Shown here in pieces: positions 38,384 through 51,835 of a stretch of DNA of 64,000 nt (position 1 is its first letter; each line of letters begins with the position of its first letter). Location: NCBI RefSeq assembly GCF_001194135.2, contig NC_068984.1, forward strand, positions 135,056,966-135,120,965, in the 5' to 3' direction. The notes beneath the pieces are model-generated. The model did not search any database and was not told the origin of the DNA. It saw only the letters and a program-made list of their open reading frames with translations. This DNA is from Octopus bimaculoides. Lineage: Eukaryota. The position numbers and the translations under genes were made by a program.

Positions 38384-40077
38384 AGATAGAGAGTTAAACG
38401 CAAACAGTTTCTTTGTTAACATCTGACATTTTATTATCGAAAGTATTGTTGAATAGTTAATATGGTAATGCAAAGGTTCCGAAAGGGGGCGCTATCGCTC
38501 CCACCCGGTGGGTTTTGAGAGGGTCCAGGTGAGCGATGTTGTCTAAGGGGTTGGTAGAGAAAAAGGAGACATTAGGAGAAAGCCAGACGAAATCCCGCTA
38601 ATCTAATCGACTGGCCCCCTCCCCATAAATTTCGGGCCATGTGCCTATAGTAGAAAAGAATAGTGCCTGATTTCAGCAAGATCTACCTATTCTTTCTAGC
38701 ATCTCGAACTGCCACATAGATAAACGTACGTTTACTAATTTTTGTTGGTTAATTTTTGTATTGGTAGTGGATGTAATGTTGATATTGAACATGGTGCTGT
38801 TATGTTTTTATTCATTTTAACAGTTTCAGGTGGAACAAGCTTTGGAATATATGGCAACATTATTAGTAGCAATTGTTCAGTTAATAGTTTTTCTACATTC
38901 CTCCGTACCTAATACAATTGTCAGTGCTACTATCCATACTAATTGCTATCTAATTGCTGTCCATTGATAATTGTCGCATAAAAATGTATAATTATATTTT
39001 ATTCGTTAATTAAAATTCAAGCAGAGATCTGTAGACTTGTGTCCGAGGACATGTTTGAAGCTAGACGTATAAGGTTTGGTATGAGAAACGTCATAGATAA
39101 TGAGAAGGTGGAGAAGTTGGTGTCTTCTAGAACAGAGACTGTGAAAGTGATAAATGGTGTAAGATAAATGGGAGGAAGGGGTGAGGAAGGAGAGGGAAAG
39201 ATAGGAGAAGAGAGACGGAGAAAGCGAAATGTGATGAAAGAGGAAGAGAATGAAATGTAATTATAGGTAGAACGTAGTGATGAAGATAAGAAGTAGTTGG
39301 GGATTAAATGATGAATACGTGTGAATTAGATATAATTATGAGAAGATTATATAGATGTGCAGCATGTTGGTGGAAATGAATTACAGAGAGGTAGAATCAA
39401 GGATATGGAAAGACAACTTGAAAGAGAAAGAAAGAGAGAAAGAGTGAGAGAGAGAGAACATAGATACAGACATAGAAGGAGAGAAAGAGACAGTGAGTGA
39501 AGCTAGAGGCTTGCTTACGCCTAAGTATAATGATGTAATTATTGTGCACATTGACGTACGTATGCAAGAGAGAAAAAAAGAGTGATTATTTCTATATACC
39601 TGTGAACATATTCTTTCTCTCTTTATATTCCATGTATATTATATGTACAGATGCACACATGAATTTATGTGTTTGTGCGTACGTACATAGGTATGTACGT
39701 GTGTGTATATATACTAGGTTTTATGTATATACGTATTCATATTATGTTAGTATGCATGTATATTCCATTGTTATTATCTTCTGCAGTTTTCTGCGAGTGC
39801 ATTGTATATGGTAGAAGAGTGTAATCAATGCTGACGTACAGTTCGATGATACGCATTTCGTATTTGGTGAATAGTGAATAAACATAATGTTACTACCAAA
39901 ATATATGTCTCTTGATGGAACGTAGATACGTCAGGGATTTTACATACTGGAAAAATTCATTATTACTCTCGTGATTGTTCCACTATACACACTTCTCCTA
40001 GCATCCATGTGCCAGCATGCATCGACACGCAAGTCAGAGACATCGCACTGATTCCAGGTACAAATATCTTTTTTTAC

Positions 40078-40277
40078 TATAAGCACAAGGCATGTAATGT
40101 CATTTTATAGGTAAGGATCTAGTCGATTTCATCGACCTCAGTTCTCAAATGGTACTTATTTAATCAACCCCGAACAGATGAAAGGCAGATTCGACCTCGG
40201 TGGAATTTGAACTCAGAATGTAAAGATGGAACCATTTTGTCGGGCGTGCTAAAGATTCTGTTAGCATGTTGCCTTCC
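40078..40277 (-). mobile_element. SINE family A
   Basis: ggtacttatttaatcaaccccgaacagatgaaaggcagattcgacctcggtggaatttgaactcagaat. Confidence 0.88.
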
Positions 40278-41894
40278 TTAAGGCAAGTATAATCTGCAAT
40301 TATATCAATCTGATATATTCCTCAGCAGTGCAGGACCATAATAATTATGCCTCTCAAGAAAACAACAATGAAACCAGCTAATAACAAATTTGCAAATAAG
40401 TCCCAAACAATGGTGGTGCCCCAACATGGCCACAGCTCATGAGCTGAAGCTAGATAGAATGAATCTCTAATATTTCAGGGTAATATCACATCATCACCAT
40501 AGCAAAACTTTCCACACAGACCATAAATTTATATACAGAGCAAGAGATTACTTTATCAGCCAACAAATCATTACAGACGTCATATGAGATACGCAAAAAG
40601 AAATTTCCCATACTCAGAAAAGTGTTGCTGTTATACAAACAAACACTCTAGACTGCTTACCTAGACTAATTAACATGCTGATAGTCACTAAACTAATTAG
40701 TAGTAAATTAATCTAATTAGCATCACACTAAAAGTTTTGAGCAATGGATGTGTTAGTGGGAAATAGTTATCTTCAGAAGCTAAGCTATTCTACCTCTACG
40801 AAACTCATCCCGGCCCTTCAGAGTTGCATGGAACATTGCTACCCACACGTCCATCATGAAAAAATAGCTCCTAACCTTCTTAACCAAGTTAGCTCCAATA
40901 GACGCTGGGACTTTGGAATTCTGTATATGGTATTGTTCTTCTAAATGCAATCGTTTTGCCGGAATGTTAAACACAACTATCTCATTGGGTTCGGACGGCC
41001 ACAGAAGCTCATTTCAACATATTCTTCTTCCACATTTAACTATTTTACAAAGATTTTAGCATAACTTTATGAGATATGCTCCACCATAGTTGACATAACC
41101 TTCAAGCAGTAATCATAAAAAGAAAAAGAAATATCTTCGTATCCCAAAATGTTGCAGAAGACACACCCAACGCAGACCAGAGGTAAAGGTGTGTGTGTGT
41201 GTGTACTCGTACAGAAACACGTACGCAGACACACAGAAGAATGCAGAGACACACTTTGGTACAGATGCATGACTGGAGAAGGATGTCAACTGATTGTAAA
41301 GGCTTCTCTATAAGGTTATTGCACGCCTTTATACATTCGTAAATGCTTGTATGGCTGTTCTGTTCTTACGTTCTTACCTTTGTCAGGAAATGAAGAGGCA
41401 GAGAAGAGGCCACCAATTCACTGTGAAATAGATTCATTATCATTTAACATGTTCAAAACTTTGGCTGCGTCTGAGAAATACTCATCATTGCTAAGATCTT
41501 TGGACACCTTGTCTTTCTAAAACATTATAGTTTTTCAAATGATGATCAAATTACGTAATTATTTTAAAACGTATACGTGATATGGTTTCAGATGTTATCT
41601 TCATGTACGGCGATATATTTTGCTAAACCATTACGATTAAATCTATTCAATCAGGATTTTTCCAGCTGGTTTAATCATTTGCAAAGATTATTTAAATGGA
41701 GTTGCACTTGGTTTGTACTCACGTATACTACAGCTAATAATTCACCACAGCTAATGTTAAGTAATCTCAAAGATTTAATCAGATGCTTTAATGTCATACA
41801 AGCAACGTGACATCAATGGATAGATTGAGAATATGAGGAAATAGCATATATATATCTGGTCAGGGAAGGCTACATGTCTGTCTGATTCTTTGTC

Positions 41895-41929
<35 letters not shown>

Positions 41930-41931
41930 GC

Positions 41932-41987
<56 letters not shown>

Positions 41988-42010
41988 CTATCTATCTGTC
42001 TCTCTATCTA

Positions 42011-42079
<69 letters not shown>

Positions 42080-42180
42080 TTATCTATCTATCTACCTACC
42101 TATCTATCTATCTATCTCTACGTGTGTATGTATGTATGTATGTATATATGCATGTATCTATCTGTCTGTCTGTCTGTCTA
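41895..42180. repeat. (TCTG)n/(TATC)n tetranucleotide array
   Basis: Read directly from sequence. Confidence 0.95.
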
Positions 42181-42274
42181 TGGACGTCTCAGTTACACAC
42201 ATAGAAACTCTATCTCTCCGCCACTCTTTTTTTCTCTCATCCACAGGTATATTTAGGCCCAGGCATACGTGTGT

Positions 42275-42420
42275 GACGGAGAAATTGTCTTCGGAGCCAG
42301 GTGGATTCAGATTCAGCCCTATCTTGTGCCGTATCATAGGCAAGTGTCTTCTACTAAAGCCTTGGGCCAACCGAAGGCTATGAAATGAATCTGGAGAACG
42401 AAAACTACCGGACACTTAAT
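42275..42420 (+). mobile_element. SINE family C, degenerate
   Basis: ggcaagtgtcttctactaaagccttgggccaaccgaaggct matches 51765-51800. Confidence 0.7.
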
Positions 42421-42854
42421 GTCTGTATTAATATGTATGTATGTATGCGTATGTGTGTACGGTGTATGTGAATTGTGTGTGTGTTTGAGGTTTGGCTTGT
42501 CTCTCCCTGATTGTTAACCAGTGGAGGTTTCCTGTACGCTCTTATCACTTCGCGATTTGGTAAAATTATATTGAGAGAATAAATAAGAAGCAGGTGCAGG
42601 TGAATTTCAAAGAGTAAGAAAAAATATAAGGACGTTTGTTATTTACCTCATAGTGATTAAGCGATCTGGTAAAAAGAGATCTGGCTTAAGAATATAATTA
42701 AATTGCTCGATTTATTTGGTTAAAATCTTCATTGTCTTGTGCTAGTATGGCCACAGTCAAATGATTGAAATAAAAATAGAGACAAAAAGCATACAGTCTT
42801 GGCCAAAAGTTTCGAACATTTAAAAAAAAAAAATTAAAATTATTATGCCAAGTA

Positions 42855-42932
42855 CACCAAGTCTGGGAATCGAAACCGCGATCCTCCAACCACGAGCCCA
42901 TTCCCCTAGCCACCGGTCCATTGCGCCTCCGA
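42855..42932 (-). mobile_element. SINE family B head fragment
   Basis: gtctgggaatcgaaaccgcgatcct...ttgcgcctcc matches 36131-36200. Confidence 0.85.
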
Positions 42933-43295
42933 CGGGAATATTATACGTTGCATCATCAACGATACAGACAAAACCAATAGGTGAATTTCTATAAAGAAGG
43001 CAATCGCGTGGTTTGTCGCTTTTGAGGCAACTATATATATATATATATATATATAAAATGTCTGAGTCAACTGGAAGACGAGGCCAATGATTTAACGTTC
43101 GAAAGCCTGTTAAAATCTCAGAACTTTGAGCGATACAAAATATATATGCGATGTGGAGGCATCTGTTTGCATTTAAAATATATAAATTTTAATTTGAGTG
43201 ACGAACGAACCTGGGATAGTAGTTGATGGTGTCAACTAAATGTGACTCTCATATTAAGAGCTTGACAGGCATCTTCCACTAGCAGGTCATGCTAC

Positions 43296-43338
43296 TCCAG
43301 ACTGATGACGAGCAAAGACTCAGAAACTAGTCTCTGGA
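43296..43338 (+). ncRNA. Minimal type-I hammerhead ribozyme motif
   Basis: Stem I tccaga/tctgga; core CTGATGA (43302-43308); stem II cgag-caaaga-ctca (one mismatch at the closing pair); GAAA-C; palindromic ACTAGT stem III; GTC cleavage triplet ending at 43332. Confidence 0.8.
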
Positions 43339-43832
43339 TGCAGGCTTAGCTGGGTAGGGGTGCTTGTTTTCCCCTTGTAAACATAAGGACACAGGAAATG
43401 TGTCACGGCCGACAGGAAGCGGTGCAACTTCCTAGGTCTAACCAACAGTAGTATTATTCCCTTCAGGGAACTGTAACGTTAAGTTGACAGCATACAACTA
43501 CTTCATTGTATCACTACTGCATAAATATCTCTGAGAGATTTAGAAATGTATTATTTCTAAAAACCTGGGATAGATTTCACGTTAACCAATTGTTCTATTC
43601 CCACCAATTCTCATGAGAAAAATTACCATGTCGGTAGTACTTCTTCTCGATCTGAATGAACATTGGCTCGTTCTAAATGAGGCATCTCACCATTGGATCA
43701 CATTGATGCTATCATCAATGGTATCTGGAAAATTAATTGAAACAACGTCGAATTGTCTCAAATATTAGGAGACGACGCAGCTCTTTATAGATAAAATCTA
43801 CTTAGCGTATGCTTGAAGATACTGCTGCTATA

Positions 43833-43879
<47 letters not shown>

Positions 43880-44287
43880 NNNNNNNNNNNNNNNNNNNNN
43901 NNNNNNNNNNNNNNNNNNNNNNNNNNNNNNNNNNNNNNNNNNNNNNNNNNNNNNNNNNNNNNNNNNNNNNNNNNNNNNNNNNNNNNNNNNNNNNNNNNNN
44001 NNNNNNNNNNNNNNNNNNNNNNNNNNNNNNNNNNNNNNNNNNNNNNNNNNNNNNNNNNNNNNNNNNNNNNNNNNNNNNNNNNNNNNNNNNNNNNNNNNNN
44101 NNNNNNNNNNNNNNNNNNNNNNNNNNNNNNNNNNNNNNNNNNNNNNNNNNNNNNNNNNNNNNNNNNNNNNNNNNNNNNNNNNNNNNNNNNNNNNNNNNNN
44201 NNNNNNNNNNNNNNNNNNNNNNNNNNNNNNNNNNNNNNNNNNNNNNNNNNNNNNNNNNNNNNNNNNNTATATATATATATCTTTGGC

Positions 44288-44333
<46 letters not shown>

Positions 44334-44652
44334 TTTCAAATGCTGCACACAGATGTATAGAGTTATATGCATGTGTATGTGCACTCGCTCGTACACATGT
44401 GTATATATAATCGTATGTTCTTTTGGAAGAGAGCAAGCAATACGATTGATCATTTCCCATTAACACCTCCACTGCACTTAATCTAATGAATTAAATTTAG
44501 TAAGCATTTGAATTTTATAAGAGTGTTGAGATTCTTGATTCACAGTATTAACACATACAACCCACCCCTTACCTACTTACATTTCACAAGAAATCATCCC
44601 ACCCACACACTACTAAAATGTATGTACTCTTATTAGTATTATGTATATATAC

Positions 44653-44712
<60 letters not shown>

Positions 44713-46636
44713 GNNNNNNNNNNTCGTAGAAAAGCAGAATGACACGAACCTTTTCGGTGGAAGCTTGCGTATGGTGTGCGTAAACACTTCCGCTATTAAG
44801 TTTGCTAAAGATATACGTTTTACGAAGGTAATGCGAAAGGAGAGGTTGTTTAGCTGCTTTGAATAGCGACCTTGACTATTTTCGGTTTTGTCTTATATTT
44901 AGAATTCTTATAAAGTATTATTGTTTTGCTTTTCGTAGTTGATCACTTTTTTTCTGCTCTTTTGAAACAAAGAAAAACAAAATCTCTTGATATTCACAAC
45001 ATGCAATATTTCTAGGAGATGAACCTTTATTTCACTATTTATGTACTCTCACGCAACGTATTATCTTATATCCTGTTTGGCCAATGTAATTCCTATTGTA
45101 CTGAGTACATGTGTTGGGGTAAATGAAACTTTCGTTTTGCACTTCATGATTGCATTAACATTCAATACGTTCCCATTCTTGAACTTTTGCTTGTTCCCTC
45201 TTTAGTTATTTTACACGTCCCACAACGAAGCTCCATGCAGTTTTCTGCCAAGATTATTTCTTCTACTAATGTGAATTTAACCTTTGTTAAGATTTTCTGA
45301 GATCAAGTGATTGCCTTCGGCTGTTAATAATTTTTTATTCTTTAATCTTTTCTGAACGATTGACGTGAAATTGGAAGTTATTCTTTTTTCGAAATGTAAG
45401 ATGTTGAGGTTTCTAGCCTTACACGTGAAAGCAAATGTAATATTCATATTTGTATTTTTGTTTTCTACACATTGTGAAGGTTTCTATATTAGAGAGTGAT
45501 TAGGAATTATTTTGCTTTCATTATAGAATGATTTAATATCTTTTGTGGGTATTTCTGCATTTGGGTAAGCATATTTAGCTTTACCAGTCTTTCCTCGCGT
45601 CTAACTATATCTATTGAGGAAACACATTTTGCCATATTGAATGAGATGTACTTTTTAGTGTAGAATGAGTCGCAAGGTCTAAAATCTATATATTGGTGTA
45701 TGTCAGTATCCTTGCAGCAGAAATCGTTTATAACCCTCTCATTTTCTTAACGTCCAAAGAAGGAAATTCCATTTGACCTGTTTCCATAGTAAACCTGATC
45801 GTTTCATGAATTTAAGTAATCTTGTAAGGTCTTTCTTAATTTCTTTCCAATACTCAAAGCTGTCTTCCAAACGTCTTCACCAGTTCCCTATGAAATAGGA
45901 CTGGAGAAGCTGATCAAACGTAATTCCGAACACAGTATAGTGTGTGTCAAAGACGTAGGCGCAATTTTCGTTCCCATTGCTGTAACTTGAATTGGAACCT
46001 AATATTGGTTATCATAGAAGTAGTTGTTTTCTAGTGCCTCCAAAATTTACGATGAGAATAAACACAAAGAAAATTTCAGACAAATTGAAATTAATTGTCT
46101 ATTCCTTCAATAACTGATTAAGTAAAATCGTGGCGTCTACGTTTCAGCACCTCTGCAGGGATGTAGTTAAAAGAAAAATGTGAAATAAAGGAAATAAAAG
46201 GTAAACAATAGGAACTTATTTAATACATGTTTCGCTGCTGTATGCTTACTTGAGCGTGTATGCACGTATTTCTGCGCACAGCTTGCCCTAATATATCGGA
46301 CAGAGTAGACAAATGCTCATATCGCTTTGATTGTGGAACTTACTATCTGGCTACCGTTCCTTTCTCACGATTGTGTTTTGCCATGTTTGGTGTATCAGTT
46401 TTTATAGAGAAGCGTATATCTACTGATTCGAGAATTGAACTCTCTCAATAGCAAGGCATTGCCTTCTGAATACTATGGGTGAAAATATGCGAAGTTATTT
46501 GTAACAACGACATACCTAGGCGTTCCTCGATGGTGAGCATATTCAATTTTCCCGTGTTTCATATATCTTTTTCTGTCTGTGACGTAACTGCAGTCCTGGG
46601 TTAATTGAAGACATACATATCCATATATATATATAT

Positions 46637-46793
46637 GGTATTTCGTCTGCCGCTACGTTCTGAGTTCAAATTCGCTGAGGTCGATTAAATAAGTACCAGT
46701 TACGCACTAGGGTCGATATAATCGACTTAATCTGTTTGTCTGTTCTTGTTTGTCCCCTCTGTGTGTAGCTCCTTGTGGGTAGTAAAGAAATAA
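46637..46793 (+). mobile_element. SINE family A with internal deletion
   Basis: Closely matches 6495-6678 but lacks the cctttcatcctttcggggtcg segment. Confidence 0.9.
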
Positions 46794-48699
46794 TACACAT
46801 ATTTATACATACATATATAAATAATAGACGTGTGTGTATATATACGGTGAAACGTATACTTATACGAGTATACAGAGACGCATATATATGAACTTAAATT
46901 ACATCTACAATTTTATCTACCTTATTGAAAATATACCCTGCTGCATCGGTTTTACTCACAAGTTTATCGACATATCGAAGTTGCAGTCGCGAATATTCGA
47001 TGATTGAACTGAACATGATAATTAATGTGTGATTGGTTAACATGCTTGTGCATGATGGCTGCCAGATAAATGTCTACAAATAAAAACTAAATTGAAACTA
47101 CTGCATGGAGTTTCTCCAAACGGAATTTAATTGGACGCAATATAGTCCTCTCTTAAAGCATGCGTGATAATACTCAGTAAAACCAACTTGGAACGTTTAT
47201 TAACGCTACTCAAACGGAACTAAAACTCATTGCTGACTCTGAATTATAATTTACCACCCTGAGAAACTGAATAATTTATTTCATATGGAACACCAATGCG
47301 GTGTCATGTATTAATTTATTTATTGTTTCCTCCATAGAATGATGATGCTAAGATATTTCTTTTTGAAGTGTTTGGCGCAGTGCTTTAACTCTGGACGGCT
47401 TGATATCCATGCTTTCTTTTATGTTCCTGAAGAGAGTGGTACATGAATAATTCGGAGATAACATGACAGAAATTATAACATTAGTAGAAATTACATTCTT
47501 GGAAAAATTCAAATGACTAGCAATACAATTTCGTTATTCGGCCAGAAATATTAGAAGAGATGACTAGTAAAATATTTGCATCACTGACACCACGGTGAAA
47601 TATTTGAGAGAAAAACCAGAAGTAATGTTGGTGTAATAATATTTAAATGTTATGACCAACACGGTGATGCACTCATTGTAATCGATCAATTCGTGACTGT
47701 TAGCTTTATTTCTTTAATTAAGTTGCAAAATAATTGTAATCGATTTTTTCAGTGCATGAACGCTTACTATAAAGTGAAATCAAGTTCTTGGAAAGTCATT
47801 TATTTCAGTCAGTTTTCATTCCCACTTGAGTCGTTTTACATGACGTGCCTCTCATATATTTCTATCTCACCTTTCTCTCTCTCTTCATTTCTGATGGCTG
47901 ACGGTTGACAACCTCCGAAATGTCTTGTTCTCTTTTCTTGGAATGTGGAACAAATGAATCCAAAGATCCGTTGGTTGGAGAGGATGGATCAGTGTGATAA
48001 CGACGTGAAACTGCTCCTTCAACTACAACAATAACAACAAACACAACCAAAACAAAAACAACAACAGCAAAACTAAAATTCAATTAATTTCATAATATTA
48101 TTCATAGCATCCATATTCTCTTAAAGATTTTATTCAGATTATCGCCACCCGAAGCTCAGAACTATAGATGTAAATATGTGCGCAGATACGCTTGGGTGCG
48201 CGCTGGTTCTTGTGTGCTGTGGCTCTCGTACACATACACATTTATTTACATACATACATATAATGTAGCACATGCATGTACACACATGATAATGTTTTTT
48301 AGTGTTTGAGGGTCCTAACACCAAACAACGAGTTGGAATACACTAAAAGCGCTCCTGTATAAAACTGCAAATACTTGAAAATCAACATCGAAATATCGCC
48401 CCAATATTTGGGCTTGTAACGTTATTTCGAATGCTGTCTTCCCAAGCAGCTTATATTTTCATACATAAAGGAGTAAATTAAGTATTTTGGAAGACATAAA
48501 GTGAAGTAGATTGGCAATATTCAGCAAGATGTAGATTACAAAATAGTTTAAAGCTACCATTTCTATCACTTGTTGCAGTAGCATCAGCATCATCAGCAGC
48601 ATCACAACCACCAACTGCTGCTGCTTCTACTAAGTCTAATAACATTAATAATTTCAAATTTTGGTATGAGACCAGCAGTTTTGGGGATAGCATAAATCC

Positions 48700-48810
48700 A
48701 TTACACCCACCTCAGTACTTAATTGGTGTTCGTTTCATTTATCCCCGAATGGATGAAAGAAATACTCTTCTATGGTGGGATTAGAACTTAGGACTTCAAA
48801 GCTGAATGCC
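48700..48810 (-). mobile_element. SINE family A remnant
   Basis: ccccgaatggatgaaaga..ggattagaacttaggact. Confidence 0.5.
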
Positions 48811-48859
48811 AGAGATATAATTTCGGCAATAAACTCACTCGCACGCAATTGCAGTATTT

Positions 48860-50476
48860 CGGTATGGCACTGGAATCCTGTAACAACCAGCAGTTAGCTG
48901 CGGTAACAATCAAAAGTGGTATCTTCCAGTGAGACTATTGCTCCCATTTGTTATTTGTTATAGTCTTGATTCCACTTTCTGTAGTCCTACACAAAGTCAA
49001 CGTACACTATGAGCTGAGAAAGTATGGACCTCGTCTCAACCACCTTCTCTTCGTGGATGATTTAAATCTGTTCGTAAAGCAGAGCCTGAAATGGAGAGGC
49101 TGATTGAGACTGTACACGGAGAGGCTGTAAATGGAGAGGCTGTAAATGGAGAGGCTGATTGAGACTGTACATGGAGAAGCTGTGAATAGAGAGGGTGATT
49201 GAGACTACAGATGTGCAACAAGTTTATAGGGATGGAATTCAGTGTCTCGCAATGTGCAGTGTTTACTTTCAAACAAAGGAAAAGAGCAGATTGTAAAGGC
49301 ATAGAATTGCCAAACGTAGAGAGAATGGAAGACCCGGATGATGATAAGTACAAGTACCTTCGGATCCTGGATCTGGATAATGTCTTGCAGAGAGAAATGA
49401 AAGACAAGGTCATCACTGCATATTTGATGCACCCCATACTTAACTTGAAATCAAAACTGAACTCAAGAAAGCTTGTGACTAACATCAACATATAGGCTGT
49501 TGCTTTATTCCGCTATAGTACACCTATCCTGAAATGGACAAGCGATTAACCAACTCGATCGCACTACTCGGAAGGCGATGACAATACATGGTGCCCTAAA
49601 CCAGAAGGGGAACGTACACAGGCTGCACATGAAGAGGGTGAATGATGGACGTGGGATGTGGTTAGTGTACGGGAGTGCACCAACAGTGCAAGAAGAAACA
49701 TGGCAGAATATTTGGTAAACAGCCAACAAGACCTGTTACAGTATGATGTTAATGCAGAAGGATTTACCAAAAATGGACTTGAGAGTGCTAATCAATTCCA
49801 AACATGAATAACCAACTAGGGAGAAGAAAGTCTACTCCGCATGGAATCACATGGTCAAGTCCACCGAGAAACTAACAAATTAAAAGACCAAGAAGTATCA
49901 ATGAGGCGGCTCAGCAAGAGTGATCTAAAAATGAGGACTGAAAACCTAATCATCGCTGCCCAAGATCAGGCATTGAATACCAACTCAGTGAAAAGGGATA
50001 TATATCATACAAGTGCAACAAACCTCTGCAGAATATGTGGGGAGAGGGTCGAACGCGTGACTCACATTGTTAATGCTTGTTAAAGTTTTGCACAGAAAGA
50101 GTACAAGCGCAGACACAAGGCAGCATAACACCTTCATTGGGAAATATAAATACGATGAAATATGAATATGATGGAAATAAGAATACGAAGTAACAGGTGC
50201 TTGGTACCAACATACACTAGAAAAGGTAATCAACGAAAAGAGTAAGGGAAAAATCCACTGGACCTTTGACTTAGAGACAGGCAAGGTGGTAGCTCAAGGA
50301 AGGCTTACAATCTAGGCGTATTGCAAAATTCAGCATTACTTTGAACTGCACGCATATTGCATAAATTTATGTTTGTCTGAAGTCCTTGTTGTGACTTGAC
50401 AGACAGTTCAAATCCTCACTAGACACAAGAACTTCAATCAACAACATCACGATATTAGATACAGTGCAACGTCTTA
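48860..50476 (+). mobile_element. 5'-truncated, decayed R4/Dong-like RLE non-LTR retrotransposon
   Basis: GIFQ*DYCSHLLFVIVLIPLS, LNHLLFVDDLNLF, YKYLRIL, ENLIIAAQDQAL, CCHC knuckle CRICGERVERVTHIVNAC, C-terminal QNSALL..TARILHKF, 3' UTR ending in (TAA)n. Confidence 0.92.

Positions 50477-50554
<78 letters not shown>
50477..50554. repeat. (TAA)n between two R4/Dong-like copies
   Basis: Read directly from sequence. Confidence 0.95.
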
Positions 50555-50556
<2 letters not shown>

Positions 50557-50894
50557 CTATTGTCATAGGTGCCCTGGGAATGACAGCGAAACGGGCTGAT
50601 TACTACCTAGCTCAGATACCAGGAAACCCCAAAATGGCTGAGGTTCAAACGATAGTGCTCATGGCAACTGCCCATATCCTACGTAAAATACTGTCTATGT
50701 GATCTCAAATTTTAAAGCAAACACATAATTTTCTTATGGTTTCTTAAACATTCACTTGAACAAAACTGTACAAATCCAAATATATGGTACCCTATGCATA
50801 ACACCTACATGAACTTCTAACTTGTTGTCTCTTGAGGTCTCTGGGTGAGACTTGGATCCAACTTGTACAAATGCAAAACAAAAGTCAAACATAA
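50553..50894 (+). mobile_element. Severely 5'-truncated R4/Dong-like LINE of a second subfamily
   Basis: Open frame PIVIGALGMTAKRADYYLAQIPGNPKMAEVQTIVLMATAHILRKILSM* (stop 50700-50702), typical of the RLE C-terminus; 3' UTR then (AAT)n(AAG)n. Confidence 0.88.
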
Positions 50895-50994
50895 AATAAT
50901 AATAATAATAATAAGAAGAAGAAGAAGAAGAATCGTTATTTTTTTTGTTTCTGATTTAATCAAAACGCTAGCATTTGCAAACCAGTGAGAGTAG

Positions 50995-51120
50995 TCGATA
51001 CCATAGATCACAGTACTTGGCTGGTATCTTATTTATCGCACCCAGAAGGATGGGAAGCAAAGCTAAGCTTGGCAATATATACTCATAAAATAAAACGCTG
51101 GAGAAATCCCGCACTAACGA
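50995..51120 (-). mobile_element. SINE family A remnant
   Basis: gtacttggctggtatcttatttatcgcacccagaaggatgggaagcaaagctaagc. Confidence 0.55.
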
Positions 51121-51689
51121 TTCTGCTCGTTAAATTTATAATTAAATTATTAATGATTAAATTATGATACAGTTATTATACGACCAACGCTTTGGCATTT
51201 ATTTTAGAAGAGTTAAAAATGGCATGGACGACAAAGGACAGTAATTTGAAAGCTCATGTAATTTTTTTTTGTCCATTTATGGCTATTAAATTGTATGTAA
51301 ACTACATAATAATTTAAATATATTAATGTCAAACTTTCAAACTATAGTACAAAATTACTTTTGTAACAATCAGTTGAGACAAAAGGAGACAGAAAATTTA
51401 ATAACTGTTTAGCACCAAATACATAAATATTAAATTGTAAAAGATCTGCAAAATGTTCATGTGAAAAATGTCTATGGAAAGCAATTTTTTTAAAGGTTAT
51501 TTCGTTTTTAATTTCTTTTCATATTTTTCATCTATACCACTAAATATAACACGCACATATACATCCTCTTTCATATTTATATACGTGTATATACTGCTAT
51601 TTAAACCAGTAAAAATTCGATTAACATAACACAATATTCCTGATGATTTGGGAAAACACAACTTTCAGATTAATCTAATACATACAAAG

Positions 51690-51835
51690 TTGGTTGCGTG
51701 ATAACATATTTGCTTCGGAAGCACATGGTTCCAGGTTCAGTTCCACGGCGTGACAATTCGGCAACTGTCTTCTGCTAAAGTCTCGGGCCGACCAAAGACT
51801 CGTGAGTGGATTTGGTTGAGTGGATGCATAAAAGC
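51690..51835 (+). mobile_element. SINE family C
   Basis: cacatggttccaggttcagttccac..ggcaactgtcttctgctaaagtctcgggccgaccaaagactcgtgagtggatttgg. Confidence 0.75.
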
